Both the position numbers and the translations under genes were made by a program. 64,000 nt of DNA from a virus. Its lineage: Duplodnaviria; Caudoviricetes. How positions within the stretch are numbered: position 1 is the stretch's first letter; the number at the start of each line of letters is the position of its first letter. The stretch lies in IMG/VR virus record IMGVR_UViG_3300037755_000886, positions 1 through 64,000 of that record; one strand, written 5' to 3'. The notes beneath the pieces were generated by a model, which was not told the DNA's origin, ran no database searches, and was given only the letters and a program-made list of their open reading frames with translations. Positions 42,910 to 51,539 of the stretch are shown here, piece after piece.

Positions 42910-43295
42910 CGGTCGCTCCCAGGGCCAAGGGCCAGCAGCGGCGCCACCTGGCCGGTCTCGTAGGCTGCGGCGATCGCCGGGCGGACGCTCTCCCCCACCG
43001 TCAAGCCGTCAGGCAGGGCCGTCCACGCGAGGAACACGTCCTCGAAGGCCATGATCGCCACGCCAGCGTCCGGCCGCGCCTTGCCGGTCGGCGTGCGCGT
43101 GAACCGGCGCTCCGAACGCGCCGGCAGCGGCAGCTCGAAGCGGACCTGACGGTCCTGGGCCGTGAACTGGATCACCGCGCGGTCGCCCTGCCAGCCATAA
43201 GCGAACGACGTCGCGCCCCACCGGGACAGGATGCGCTCGATCTCAACCTTCGAGCGCTCGACGCTCACGTTCGTGTCAGCGGCGTACCGGGCCAT
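42906..43295 (-). CDS. Conserved phage protein, apparently with an internal deletion
   Basis: RYA..T.VSVERSK.EIE..L.RWGA..F..G; FE..FLA...LPDG.TVGE. Confidence 0.65.
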   Translation of the reverse strand: MARYAADTNVSVERSKVEIERILSRWGATSFAYGWQGDRAVIQFTAQDRQVRFELPLPARSERRFTRTPTGKARPDAGVAIMAFEDVFLAWTALPDGLTVGESVRPAIAAAYETGQVAPLLALGPGSDR

Positions 43296-43513
43296 CAGGC
43301 ACCGTCCCGGATCTGGCGAAGCAGAGCGGCCTCGTCGGCGGTCAGCTCGAACTGCACTCCCTCGCCGTACTCCTGCTCGTCGAGGGACAGGGTGTCGGGG
43401 CTGACCTCGGCCCACGGGCGCCCGGCCCGGCCGGTCTCGAACATCTTGGCGAAGATGGCCCGCAGCAACGCGTTCTCGCGTTCCACGTCGGCGGTGTGCT
43501 GGTCGTAGGCCAT
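43295..43513 (-). CDS. Hypothetical protein
   Basis: TGATG coupling. Confidence 0.55.
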   Translation of the reverse strand: MAYDQHTADVERENALLRAIFAKMFETGRAGRPWAEVSPDTLSLDEQEYGEGVQFELTADEAALLRQIRDGA

Positions 43514-44004
43514 CAGGACTCCTCTCGACCCGGCTGCGGGTGCTTCGGTGGCGGGACTCCCCCACCCTTCGGCGGTGTCGGCCGGCGCGGCGGGGCTGCC
43601 TGGCCCTTGCCCGGCTGCGGGTGCCGGCCCCGGGCCTCCTTCGCCGCGGCCACCGACCGTTCCAGCTCGGCCATCAGGTCGACGACCTTGTCTCTGGGCG
43701 CGGGCCCGGGCTCGGGCCCGGGCACGACTGCCGGCCGGCGGAGGTGTTCCTGCGCAGTGTGCATCTTGTCCCACACCCGGAACAGGTGGTCGGCGTTGAC
43801 TACGAGGGCGCCGTGAACGCGGGCCACCTCCCGGTTCGGGCCGTCCCACGCCGGTTCGTGGCCGTCGAGCTCGACCCGGATGTACTCGGCGAGTGGCCCG
43901 CCGATGAAGGTGGCCAGCCGGGACAGCACCTCGCGCACGGGCACCTCGTCGCCCGGGCCGCAGTCGAGGACGTTGCGCGGATTGGGCATCGTCGGTTCGG
44001 TCAT
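43513..44004 (-). CDS. Hypothetical protein with a Ku-like C-terminal helix
   Basis: KVVDLMAELERSVAAAKEAR followed by a basic Pro-rich tail. Confidence 0.55.
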   Translation of the reverse strand: MTEPTMPNPRNVLDCGPGDEVPVREVLSRLATFIGGPLAEYIRVELDGHEPAWDGPNREVARVHGALVVNADHLFRVWDKMHTAQEHLRRPAVVPGPEPGPAPRDKVVDLMAELERSVAAAKEARGRHPQPGKGQAAPPRRPTPPKGGGVPPPKHPQPGREES

Positions 44005-44315
44005 CGGTCGGTCTCCCGGTTCGCGAGGGCTTCGGCCACACGCTGCCCGTCGCCGGTGATCACGAACTGTGCGGCTCCCCGCGGGCCGGACCCGGCGGCC
44101 GTGACGTACCGCCGGTTGGTGAGGCTGAGGACGAGTTCGGCGATGAGGATCCGCGCCGGCGCGCTCCCATAGAACGCGCCCAGCTTCTCCCGCAGTCCCC
44201 GGTAGGTCAGCGGCCCATCGACGGCGGCGAGCACCCGCAGGATGTCGACCTCGAGAGCCTCAGCGGCGACGATCGCGTGAGCGATGTTGTTTCGGCGCGT
44301 GCGTTGGTCAGCCAT
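44001..44315 (-). CDS. Winged-helix protein
   Basis: ILRVLAAVDGPLTYRGLREKL..L.SL....YV....FVITGDG. Confidence 0.6.
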   Translation of the reverse strand: MADQRTRRNNIAHAIVAAEALEVDILRVLAAVDGPLTYRGLREKLGAFYGSAPARILIAELVLSLTNRRYVTAAGSGPRGAAQFVITGDGQRVAEALANRETDR

Positions 44316-44329
44316 CGGTCTCCTTCGGG

Positions 44330-44851
44330 TCAGCCATCGGTCTCCTTCGGGTCGGGCTTCGGTTCGGGCGCGACGTGCTGCGGCACCGCCGCGACGAGGA
44401 AGTGCTGAACCCGGCGCAGTTCCTGGCCCATGTGATCGATGGCGTCATCCCATCCGGCGAGTTGTTCGGGGTCACCCTCGGCGAGGCAGCCGGCGAACGC
44501 CTGGCGGCGCACCTCCAGCGGGTAGAGCGACTTGGCCGCGTCCGTGATCGTCGCCCGCAGCCGGGTGATCTCATCGAGGAGCCCGACCACGACGTCGGGG
44601 CTGACCGCGGCGACGTAGCGGACGTCGGAGTACCGCCACGCCCGGCTGTCGGCGGCCGTCACCAGCTGCATGGCGTGGCAGTTGTCGGGCTGTCCCCAGT
44701 CGGCCTCGTCGATCAGGATCTCTCCGGCTGTCGTGATGAACCGGGGAAAGGGTTCGTTGCAGGTCCACGGGCCCGTCGTGGCCGCTTCGGCGAGGACGCG
44801 CAGGTCGGTCAGGGTCTGTCGCTGGTCGTCAGCCACGGTTGCCTCCAGCAC
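44330..44851 (-). CDS. Ead/Ea22-like protein
   Basis: LAEAATTGPW..YVAAVSPDVVVGLLDEITRLR. Confidence 0.7.
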   Translation of the reverse strand: MLEATVADDQRQTLTDLRVLAEAATTGPWTCNEPFPRFITTAGEILIDEADWGQPDNCHAMQLVTAADSRAWRYSDVRYVAAVSPDVVVGLLDEITRLRATITDAAKSLYPLEVRRQAFAGCLAEGDPEQLAGWDDAIDHMGQELRRVQHFLVAAVPQHVAPEPKPDPKETDG

Positions 44852-44905
44852 GGTAGAGCGGCTCGTACATTTCGGCCTGCTCGGGCGTCAGCTCCTCGGC
44901 GCCGC

Positions 44906-45172
44906 TCACGTCGGGTCTCCCCTGCCGGTACGCCACTCCTCGACGTCGGCCATGAGCGCCTGCCAGCCCTCAGCCGCGGGGGCACCGATCGAGTCCGCCC
45001 AACGGCAGTGGACGTGCGCGGTCAGGTCGGCGAGCACCAGGGCCAGCACGAGCGGGTCGGCGTAGCCCTCGGCGATCTCGGCGGCGAGCGCCCGATCCTT
45101 GTGGAGCAACGCGGTCACGACCTGCTGGGCGGTGTCACGTGCCCCGTCGATGGCCTGGTCGACGTGGCTCAC
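44906..45172 (-). CDS. Hypothetical protein
   Basis: GTGA coupling. Confidence 0.5.
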   Translation of the reverse strand: MSHVDQAIDGARDTAQQVVTALLHKDRALAAEIAEGYADPLVLALVLADLTAHVHCRWADSIGAPAAEGWQALMADVEEWRTGRGDPT

Positions 45173-45558
45173 CACGTCACCTCGTCCCACAGCTCGCTAG
45201 CACGGTGGTCCCCGACGTGGTCCGGGTGCAGGACGCACGGCGGCTGGCCAGTGGCGGGCCCGTACTCCGTCTCGATCGTGATCGTCGGGCTGAGGTCGCC
45301 GCACGTCGGCAAGTCCTCGTCGTCGTTGGGCTCGATCTCACCCCACTCCGATGCGACGAAGCCTCGCAGGCCGTTGTCGTCGCAGTGCGCCGCGAGCATG
45401 ACGGCGAGGTCGGCGCAGTCCCGGCCCGGGTTGATGCGGACCATGCCCTCGGGACTGGTCACGCAGATCTTGCCGGTATCGTTCTCGATGAAGATGGCGA
45501 AAGCCAGGCCGTGCTCGGTCAGGCGGTCGCAGACGGCGGGCAGCTCGACGGTGGTCAT
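45169..45558 (-). CDS. Hypothetical protein
   Basis: RBS, acidic. Confidence 0.5.
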   Translation of the reverse strand: MTTVELPAVCDRLTEHGLAFAIFIENDTGKICVTSPEGMVRINPGRDCADLAVMLAAHCDDNGLRGFVASEWGEIEPNDDEDLPTCGDLSPTITIETEYGPATGQPPCVLHPDHVGDHRASELWDEVTW

Positions 45559-45561
45559 GGG

Positions 45562-45780
45562 TCAGACCTCTACCGGCTCGGCGCCGTCGAGGTACTCGTC
45601 GAGGCAACGCTGGCACTCGGGCGGATTGTCGACGGGCTCCATGGCCAGGATCTCGGCGGTCTCGGCCGGCTGCAGGGCGTCGCAGTGGTCCTCGCACAGT
45701 GGCCGCGAGATGGCGTAGGCGCCGGAGCGGAGGGCGTAGACGTACTGGTGGGTCGCGGGGAAGGTGTCGTCATCGGGCAC
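45562..45780 (-). CDS. Small Zn-binding protein
   Basis: CEDHC..CQRC. Confidence 0.5.
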   Translation of the reverse strand: MPDDDTFPATHQYVYALRSGAYAISRPLCEDHCDALQPAETAEILAMEPVDNPPECQRCLDEYLDGAEPVEV

Positions 45781-45950
45781 GGTCAGTTCTCCTGTCGGGT
45801 TCGGGTGGCGGCGACCAGGCGGTCGCGGTCAAGCAGATAGCGGGGCCCGGGCGTGCGGGTTGTCCATCGCCTCGGGCGGGCCGAGGGCGGCGCGCATCGT
45901 GTCGAGCACCCCGACCAGCTCGGGCGCGGTGGTGGGTTCGGTGGGGCGGG

Positions 45951-46412
45951 TCACCGCTCTGGCTCCCGCACGCGGCCGAAGAACGTCATCGGCGCATCAC
46001 CGACGATTGCACCGAGCGAGTCGACGTCGAGGGTGCCGCCCGTGATCATCTGGTACCACTCGGCGTACGTCGCCTTCATGCTGGCGAACACGGTGGCGTT
46101 GTCCGTCGCCCAGCGGGCCAGCGCTTCTGGCGTCTCGAACACGGGCGATGTCGGCGAGCCCTCGGACGTGGTCTCCCACAGCTGCCAGCCGGGGCCCTCG
46201 GGCGGCCCTACGTACCGGTCCTGCCGCCCGGACCCGTCGCACCACCAACAGACCCCGTCCTCGGTCTGCAGCTTCACCGGATGCTCCTTGCGGCCGGTGC
46301 CGTCGCAGTTCTCGCACGGCTTGGTACCGGACGGGACGAGGTACCCGTCCCAGACCTTGTTGAGCGGCCAGTCGAAGTCGAGCGACACACGCTTGATGTC
46401 GCGGTGTCCCAT
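45951..46412 (-). CDS. Conserved phage protein with CxxCxGxG repeats
   Basis: CENCDGTG, CWWCDGSG, GWQLWETTSEGSPTSPVF. Confidence 0.7.
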   Translation of the reverse strand: MGHRDIKRVSLDFDWPLNKVWDGYLVPSGTKPCENCDGTGRKEHPVKLQTEDGVCWWCDGSGRQDRYVGPPEGPGWQLWETTSEGSPTSPVFETPEALARWATDNATVFASMKATYAEWYQMITGGTLDVDSLGAIVGDAPMTFFGRVREPER

Positions 46413-46581
46413 GGTCAGTTCTCCTCGGTCTTGCGGGTGATCACGTAGCCGGCGACGTCGAGGACCCTCAGTGCCACGTCGGCGAGGTCGTCGCCTTCGA
46501 AGTCGGCGTACTCGTCCGGGTCCCACGCGCAGAACCCGCGGGCGATGACGCCGTGCGCGGTCTGGTCGGAGTGCTTGTGCG

Positions 46582-46791
46582 TCATGGGGTCAACCTTCGG
46601 ATCGTGTCGGCGCGCCGGGCGATGGCCGCGCCGCAGTCCCGGGCGACGCCGATCAGGAGCCGGCGGTCGGCGGGATCGAACCCGTTGGCCGGGTCGTTCG
46701 CCAACAGCCAGTACTCGGCGATCGCGTCGTGGCCCTGGGCGTCGGCGCGGTCCTGCTCTTCCAGGAACGTGAGGTTGCGGGCGGCCGTCAC
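46582..46791 (-). CDS. Hypothetical protein
   Basis: Coupled. Confidence 0.5.
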   Translation of the reverse strand: MTAARNLTFLEEQDRADAQGHDAIAEYWLLANDPANGFDPADRRLLIGVARDCGAAIARRADTIRRLTP

Positions 46792-47207
46792 TGGTGGGAC
46801 CCGCCTTCGGCGAGAAGATGGTCCCGCAGCGCCCGCAGGGTCACGCCAGCGCGGTGCCCGTTGCGGTACGCCGAGCGGCCGGTCAGCTCTCCGGGTTCCC
46901 CGACAAGCCCGGCGATCAGGGCTGCACCGAAGTCGGCGCGCTCCTCCACCGCGACCGAGATCTGCGAGCCGTCGGCGCTCTTCGGTCGCCCGCGCTCAAG
47001 GAAGTCGACGAGCTCGTCGAGCCGCTGACTGACGATGTCGCTGATGCGGTGCAGGGAGATCTGGCGGGCGAGGTCGTCGCGGGTGACGACCGTGGGCCCG
47101 TCGCCCCCGAACCGGGCGATGGTGACCTCGGCGACCAGGACGTCGTTGACGAACACCTGCCCGTTGGGGCACACCTCCACACGGATGGCGTGTCGGGGGG
47201 TGGTCAC
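46788..47207 (-). CDS. Hypothetical protein
   Basis: GTGA coupling. Confidence 0.5.
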   Translation of the reverse strand: MTTPRHAIRVEVCPNGQVFVNDVLVAEVTIARFGGDGPTVVTRDDLARQISLHRISDIVSQRLDELVDFLERGRPKSADGSQISVAVEERADFGAALIAGLVGEPGELTGRSAYRNGHRAGVTLRALRDHLLAEGGSHQ

Positions 47208-47539
47208 CGCCCCCGCCCGCCCTGGTCGAGCGCGGCGAGCACGGTCGCCACGTCGCACGGCCACTCGTGCCGGCAGCCGGTGCAGATCGGGCGGCGGTTC
47301 CATGCCTCGTCGCTGGTCGACCGGTAGCCCTTGACGTGGGACTCCCGGACGGACGCGAGACCGTCGGCCGCCGGGGCCAGGTAGTCGGGGCGCCGCTGCC
47401 ACACGATCTCGTGGCCGCAGTCGGGCAGCGGGCACGAGTCCATCCACTCGTCGGGCAGCTCGGGTCCGAACACCTCGCCCTTGACCACGTGGCCCTTCTC
47501 GCACTGGCCACGGATCTCGGTGCGCGTGACGTCGCTCAT
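47204..47539 (-). CDS. Cys/His-rich hypothetical protein
   Basis: C..GH, CPLPDCGH, CTGCRHEWPC. Confidence 0.55.
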   Translation of the reverse strand: MSDVTRTEIRGQCEKGHVVKGEVFGPELPDEWMDSCPLPDCGHEIVWQRRPDYLAPAADGLASVRESHVKGYRSTSDEAWNRRPICTGCRHEWPCDVATVLAALDQGGRGR

Positions 47540-47542
47540 GGG

Positions 47543-48268
47543 TCAGCCCTCCTCGGGGTCGGTGTGCTCGGCGCAGGCCAGCTCGGCGACGATGCGCTTG
47601 GCCGCGGCCTCGGTCAGGTAGGTGGCCCGGATGATCTTGACGGCGTCGTAGCGGAGCCAGTCGTTGGCCGGGTCGGCCAGTGCGGCGAGGTCGATGCCCT
47701 CGGCCGGGAGCTGCCGACGCCAGTACTCGACCTCGCCGCGCCGGTGCGCCTTGAGCCTGTCGCGCTCGGGCCCGTCGGTGCGGACGTGCCCGTAGGGGAT
47801 GTGGTGCCAGAAGTCGTCGCCGTGCTCGACGTGCGCGGCGACGTCGTCCTTGCACTCCCGCATGGTGTCGGCGTGGCGGACGATGATCCGGCCGAACCCG
47901 GCCTGCTTCCCGTTCGGGTCACAGCGGACGATCCACGGGCCGCACTCGCAGCCCACGAACCGCTCGATGAAGTAGCGCCCGCAGTCCGAGAAGTAGCCGC
48001 CCGCGTGCTCGCGGATCCAGCGCGTGGGAGCCGGCGCCGGTTCCGACTGCGGCTGACGGGCGCGGAGCAGTTCGACAGGAGCGGCGCAGGTGGCCAGGGA
48101 CGGTGTCCGCCGCTCCCCCGCCAGATCGGCGATGCGCTTCCAGTCGATCGCATCCAGCTCGGCGACGACATCCGGGTTCGGCGTGACGTTCTCGCTGAGG
48201 AACCGGGCGAGCCGGATCGCCTTCGCCGTCATGTTCGCGGCGTGGGACGGGTGGATGGTCGTGGTCAT
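47543..48268 (-). CDS. Hypothetical protein
   Basis: Long ORF with normal codon bias. Confidence 0.55.
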   Translation of the reverse strand: MTTTIHPSHAANMTAKAIRLARFLSENVTPNPDVVAELDAIDWKRIADLAGERRTPSLATCAAPVELLRARQPQSEPAPAPTRWIREHAGGYFSDCGRYFIERFVGCECGPWIVRCDPNGKQAGFGRIIVRHADTMRECKDDVAAHVEHGDDFWHHIPYGHVRTDGPERDRLKAHRRGEVEYWRRQLPAEGIDLAALADPANDWLRYDAVKIIRATYLTEAAAKRIVAELACAEHTDPEEG

Positions 48269-48495
48269 CGGGCTGCGACCTCCAGGGTGAAGTTGGCGGC
48301 GAGCGCTCGCCGCGTCAGGCAGCGGCTCCAGCCGTAGCGGTCGAACCCGCCGAGATGGTCAACCACCACGCCGCACTCGCGGCTGAGACCGTCGTGGACC
48401 TCGGCGACCTCCACCTGGTGGGTGGCATCCCAGATGCTCGTCCAGATCTGGCCGACGGAAGCGGAGACCGTGGCGGCGGGGGAGGTTGCTGGCAT
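48265..48495 (-). CDS. First gene of the leftward operon, hypothetical
   Basis: GGAGG RBS right after the promoter. Confidence 0.55.
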   Translation of the reverse strand: MPATSPAATVSASVGQIWTSIWDATHQVEVAEVHDGLSRECGVVVDHLGGFDRYGWSRCLTRRALAANFTLEVAAR

Positions 48496-48501
48496 GCCTC
48501 C

Positions 48502-48530
48502 ATTGTCCGCCCATACCACTGGGGTGTCAA
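48502..48530 (-). promoter_or_regulatory. Strong leftward promoter
   Basis: TTGACA-N17-GACAAT; spacer starts CCCCAG like the 49479 promoter. Confidence 0.75.
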
Positions 48531-48647
48531 GTAGATCTGGGGACCAATCAATCCTTGTGCACAAGGTCATCCTGTGAGATGATCGATGGCATGGAGTCTT
48601 CACTCACAGCGGCAGGGTTGGCGCCGCCGACCACTAACCTCCCGGCC

Positions 48648-48938
48648 ATGACCCCCAAGATCTATGAGGGCCCCAGCGCCTATGGACCGTCCAACGACAG
48701 CGCCCGCTCCGAGGCCGCTGAACGCGGCCTGACCCCGATCGGTGTCAACGGCATCGCCGCCTGGTTCGGCGTGGAACCCAACACCGTGAGCCGGTCATGG
48801 ATCGCCGAGCGCGACGCCAAGAAGGATCCGGCGAAGAAGTTCCCGGAGCCGACGTGGCCCGAGCTCAACCTCTACGCCACCCGCGTCATCGAGGAGTGGG
48901 GCATCGCCACGGGTCGCCTGGCGGAAGGTGGGCGATGA
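48648..48938 (+). CDS. AlpA/MerR-like HTH regulator
   Basis: IGVNGIAAWFGVEPNTVSRSW..FPEP..LY....IEEW. Confidence 0.7.
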   Translation: MTPKIYEGPSAYGPSNDSARSEAAERGLTPIGVNGIAAWFGVEPNTVSRSWIAERDAKKDPAKKFPEPTWPELNLYATRVIEEWGIATGRLAEGGR

Positions 48939-49459
48939 GTGCGGCCACGGACGCGGATGACTACACGGCCGTGTACCGCTGTTTCGACCGCGATGGACGT
49001 CTGGTTTACGTCGGCGCCTCATGTCTCGGCCTCGTCCGCTTCCACCAGCACCAGGCCGAGAAGGGATGGTGGCCCTGCGTCGCCCGGGTCGAGGTCGAGC
49101 ACTACGCCAACCGTGCCGAGGCGCTGGCTGCGGAGCGGGCCGCCATCGAGGCCGAGGCTCCGCGCTTCAACATCCACCACGGCCTCAGGCGGAGCGTGAC
49201 GGTACGTCGGCGGCAGGAATGGGCTTCCGATCAGCGGGTCGGAATCCCGGACAGCATCGCCAAGGGACTGCATCTCCTTCGGCGTCGTCAGCACGCGATC
49301 GCCAGGGCCAGACGGGACATCGTGCTCGCCGCCTGGAGCGAGGGCGTGTCGATCGAACGGATCGCCGATCTGGCCGGCCTGCACCGTGTCGACGTCGAGC
49401 GAGTGATCTGGTTCGCCAGGCACAGCAAGGACGGGATGGCCGCACTGCCCTACAGGTAA
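48935..49459 (+). CDS. GIY-YIG-like domain + C-terminal HTH
   Basis: AVYRCFD..LVYVG..RF.QH..WW..E..AI..E.PRFN; VSIERIADLAGLHRVDV. Confidence 0.8.
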   Translation: MSAATDADDYTAVYRCFDRDGRLVYVGASCLGLVRFHQHQAEKGWWPCVARVEVEHYANRAEALAAERAAIEAEAPRFNIHHGLRRSVTVRRRQEWASDQRVGIPDSIAKGLHLLRRRQHAIARARRDIVLAAWSEGVSIERIADLAGLHRVDVERVIWFARHSKDGMAALPYR

Positions 49460-49478
49460 GATTGCTCCCCAGGGTCTC

Positions 49479-49507
49479 TTGACACCCCAGACCATCTGGG
49501 GTACATT
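49479..49507 (+). promoter_or_regulatory. Rightward promoter whose spacer is a perfect operator
   Basis: TTGACA-CCCCAGA CCA TCTGGGG-TACATT; ATG 6 nt downstream (leaderless). Confidence 0.8.
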
Positions 49508-49513
49508 AGGTAC

Positions 49514-49768
49514 ATGAAGGAAACCACCACCGCCCCCCTCCCCGCCAGCCTCACCAACCAGCTCGAAGAGGACGAGATCACCCTCGCCGAGTGGGAAGCG
49601 ATGACCGACGAGGAGCGCCAGTACCGGGGCCTCACGGTCGAGGAGCACGAGGACGTCTACGCCGACTACAGCGCTGAGGAAATGGCGGCCGTGGAGGCAT
49701 GGCTCCTGGACCCCGGGCCCCGCTACCACGCGGCCGTCGCCCGGATCCGGGCCCACCCAGGCTGGTGA
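49514..49768 (+). CDS. Small acidic protein
   Basis: Leaderless start; E/D-rich. Confidence 0.65.
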   Translation: MKETTTAPLPASLTNQLEEDEITLAEWEAMTDEERQYRGLTVEEHEDVYADYSAEEMAAVEAWLLDPGPRYHAAVARIRAHPGW

Positions 49769-49804
49769 CCCCGGCGGGGCCCCGGCCCCGCCCACCCCCG
49801 GCGT

Positions 49805-49892
49805 GGGGTGTGTCCGGTTCGTCGGCGAGGCAAACCCCCAGCGCACACGCCTCGTGCGCAGGACAAGGGTGCCGGCGAGTCGGACAGACCCC
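49805..49892 (+). ncRNA. Candidate structured RNA
   Basis: 12-bp stem (one mismatch) + 8-bp stem closing an inner GAGG/CCTC hairpin. Confidence 0.4.
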
Positions 49893-49940
49893 ATGACCGC
49901 TAGTTCACATGATCACAAGCTGACCGCTGGAGACCCCACC

Positions 49941-50225
49941 ATGAGCACCGAGACCATCGCCCCCGAGACGCTCACCCCTCGCCTGACCATCGTCCCCCCT
50001 GCCGCCGGACCCGCCTCGGTGCGCATCATCCCCGCCGAGGATGCCATCTGGTGGACGTCCGCTGACGGCATCCGGTGGGATGCGTACAGCGAGGACGGGG
50101 GCGCTACCTACGTGGTCTACGCCCCCAACGGCGAGCACGGCTCCGAGGAGGAGGACTACGCCCTCGTGCCGGCGGCGGACCTGCTCGACGTCATCGCCCA
50201 CGGCCTCGGCGACGCCCGCCGGTAG
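49941..50225 (+). CDS. Hypothetical protein
   Basis: GGAGACC RBS. Confidence 0.6.
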   Translation: MSTETIAPETLTPRLTIVPPAAGPASVRIIPAEDAIWWTSADGIRWDAYSEDGGATYVVYAPNGEHGSEEEDYALVPAADLLDVIAHGLGDARR

Positions 50226-50331
50226 CCCCCGTTCGCCCGAAACCCCCGCCCGCCCGTGCGCAGGGGTTGAGGACAGCCCGGCCCCCGGCGTCAGCTGCGG
50301 GCCGGGCAACGACCGCCGACAGGAGACCACC

Positions 50332-50508
50332 GTGCCCGAGATCACCGACCTCATTGCCCAGGCCATCAACCAGCGCGTCACCCGCGAGCATCTGCAGGAT
50401 TGCCCCGCCGGCGAGCTCGACATCGCGGCCCTGGCCGACGAGATCGAGTCCGCAATCAGCGACCGGATCGCCGACGACCCCAACGACTACCGGTACTTCC
50501 AGCCATGA
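50332..50508 (+). CDS. Small acidic protein
   Basis: AGGAGACC RBS. Confidence 0.55.
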   Translation: MPEITDLIAQAINQRVTREHLQDCPAGELDIAALADEIESAISDRIADDPNDYRYFQP

Positions 50509-50573
50509 CCCAGCCGACACCGTGGCGGTCAACCCACGGCAGCGGGCGCCCAGCGCACCGATCGGAGACCACC

Positions 50574-50834
50574 GTGAACCCCTTCGCCCACGAGATCGGC
50601 ATCGGCCAGTACATCACCGTCGACGGCGTCGGGCCCGCGCTGGTCACCCGCAAGACGGTGTACGCCACCGCTGCCGTCGTCGACCTGTACGTCGCTGTCA
50701 GCGCGACCGGCGAGATCCCGGCGGGCATCGCCCTCGGTGAGCACCTCGCCGTCGCCATCGACGTCACCGGCGCCACAGTCGAACCCACGGCCTTCCCCGG
50801 CTGGGGGCCCGGCTGGCGCATCACCACCCTGTAG
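50574..50834 (+). CDS. Hypothetical protein
   Basis: GGAGACC RBS. Confidence 0.55.
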   Translation: MNPFAHEIGIGQYITVDGVGPALVTRKTVYATAAVVDLYVAVSATGEIPAGIALGEHLAVAIDVTGATVEPTAFPGWGPGWRITTL

Positions 50835-50852
50835 CGGCCGCCGCCGGAGCGA

Positions 50853-50993
50853 GGTCGGTCAGATGGCGGCACCAGGACGAGCCTGGCCGCGTGGTGGCAC
50901 GGAGCACACCGTCCCGGACAGCCGGGCGGAGGTACCGGGTTCGAGTCCCGGTCCGGTCGCAAGGGCCGCTCTGGTGCCGCCATCTGACCGACC
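50853..50993 (+). ncRNA. tRNA-like structured RNA enclosed by a perfect 23-bp inverted repeat
   Basis: IR 50853-50875/50971-50993; T-arm CCGGG-TTCGAGT-CCCGG 50935-50951; CCGTC/GGCGG stem with 11-nt loop. Confidence 0.65.
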
Positions 50994-51007
50994 AGAGGAG
51001 ACCCGCC

Positions 51008-51265
51008 ATGACCGTCGAGAACCTTCACCTTCGCCTCGCAGGCGCCGACAACCCCGAAGAGCTGGTCGAGGGCGTGCGCGACGCCATGCGTCGGGGCTAC
51101 ACCGACGACGAGATCGCCTCCATCGTCGGACCCGAGATGCTGGCCGTCGTCAAGGGCTTGATCGTCGAGGGTGGCTGCAACGGCCTGTGCCTGACCGGCT
51201 CCGACGTGGGAGTGCCGTCTGCCTGCATCGCCTACGCCCATCCCTCCTGCCCCGAGCACGGCTGA
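51008..51265 (+). CDS. Hypothetical protein
   Basis: GAGGAG RBS right after the IR. Confidence 0.6.
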   Translation: MTVENLHLRLAGADNPEELVEGVRDAMRRGYTDDEIASIVGPEMLAVVKGLIVEGGCNGLCLTGSDVGVPSACIAYAHPSCPEHG

Positions 51266-51275
51266 GGACTGACCG

Positions 51276-51539
51276 ATGCGAGAGATGATCGTCCGAGCCA
51301 ACGGCGACAAGCCGTGGCGCTGCCCGGCCTGCCACCAGATCCCCGATGACGCCCGGGTGTGGCCGTCCACCCGCATCACCCGGCTCTACCGGTGCCCCGA
51401 CTGCCGGGTCGTCTGGTGGGTGGGCTGGTCAGACTGGCCGCTGCGCCAGCGCCTCCCGACCCTCGCCCGCCGGCGTGCTGTCTGGCTCGCCCACACCGTT
51501 GCCCGGAGACTGCCGACCAGCTGGAGGACTTACCGATGA
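51276..51539 (+). CDS. Zn-ribbon protein
   Basis: CPAC..CPDC. Confidence 0.55.
   Translation: MREMIVRANGDKPWRCPACHQIPDDARVWPSTRITRLYRCPDCRVVWWVGWSDWPLRQRLPTLARRRAVWLAHTVARRLPTSWRTYR

Noticed and set aside
50876-50970. Functional tRNA gene
   Set aside because: 11-nt anticodon loop, imperfect acceptor and D stems, no CCA; kept as a tRNA-like RNA instead.
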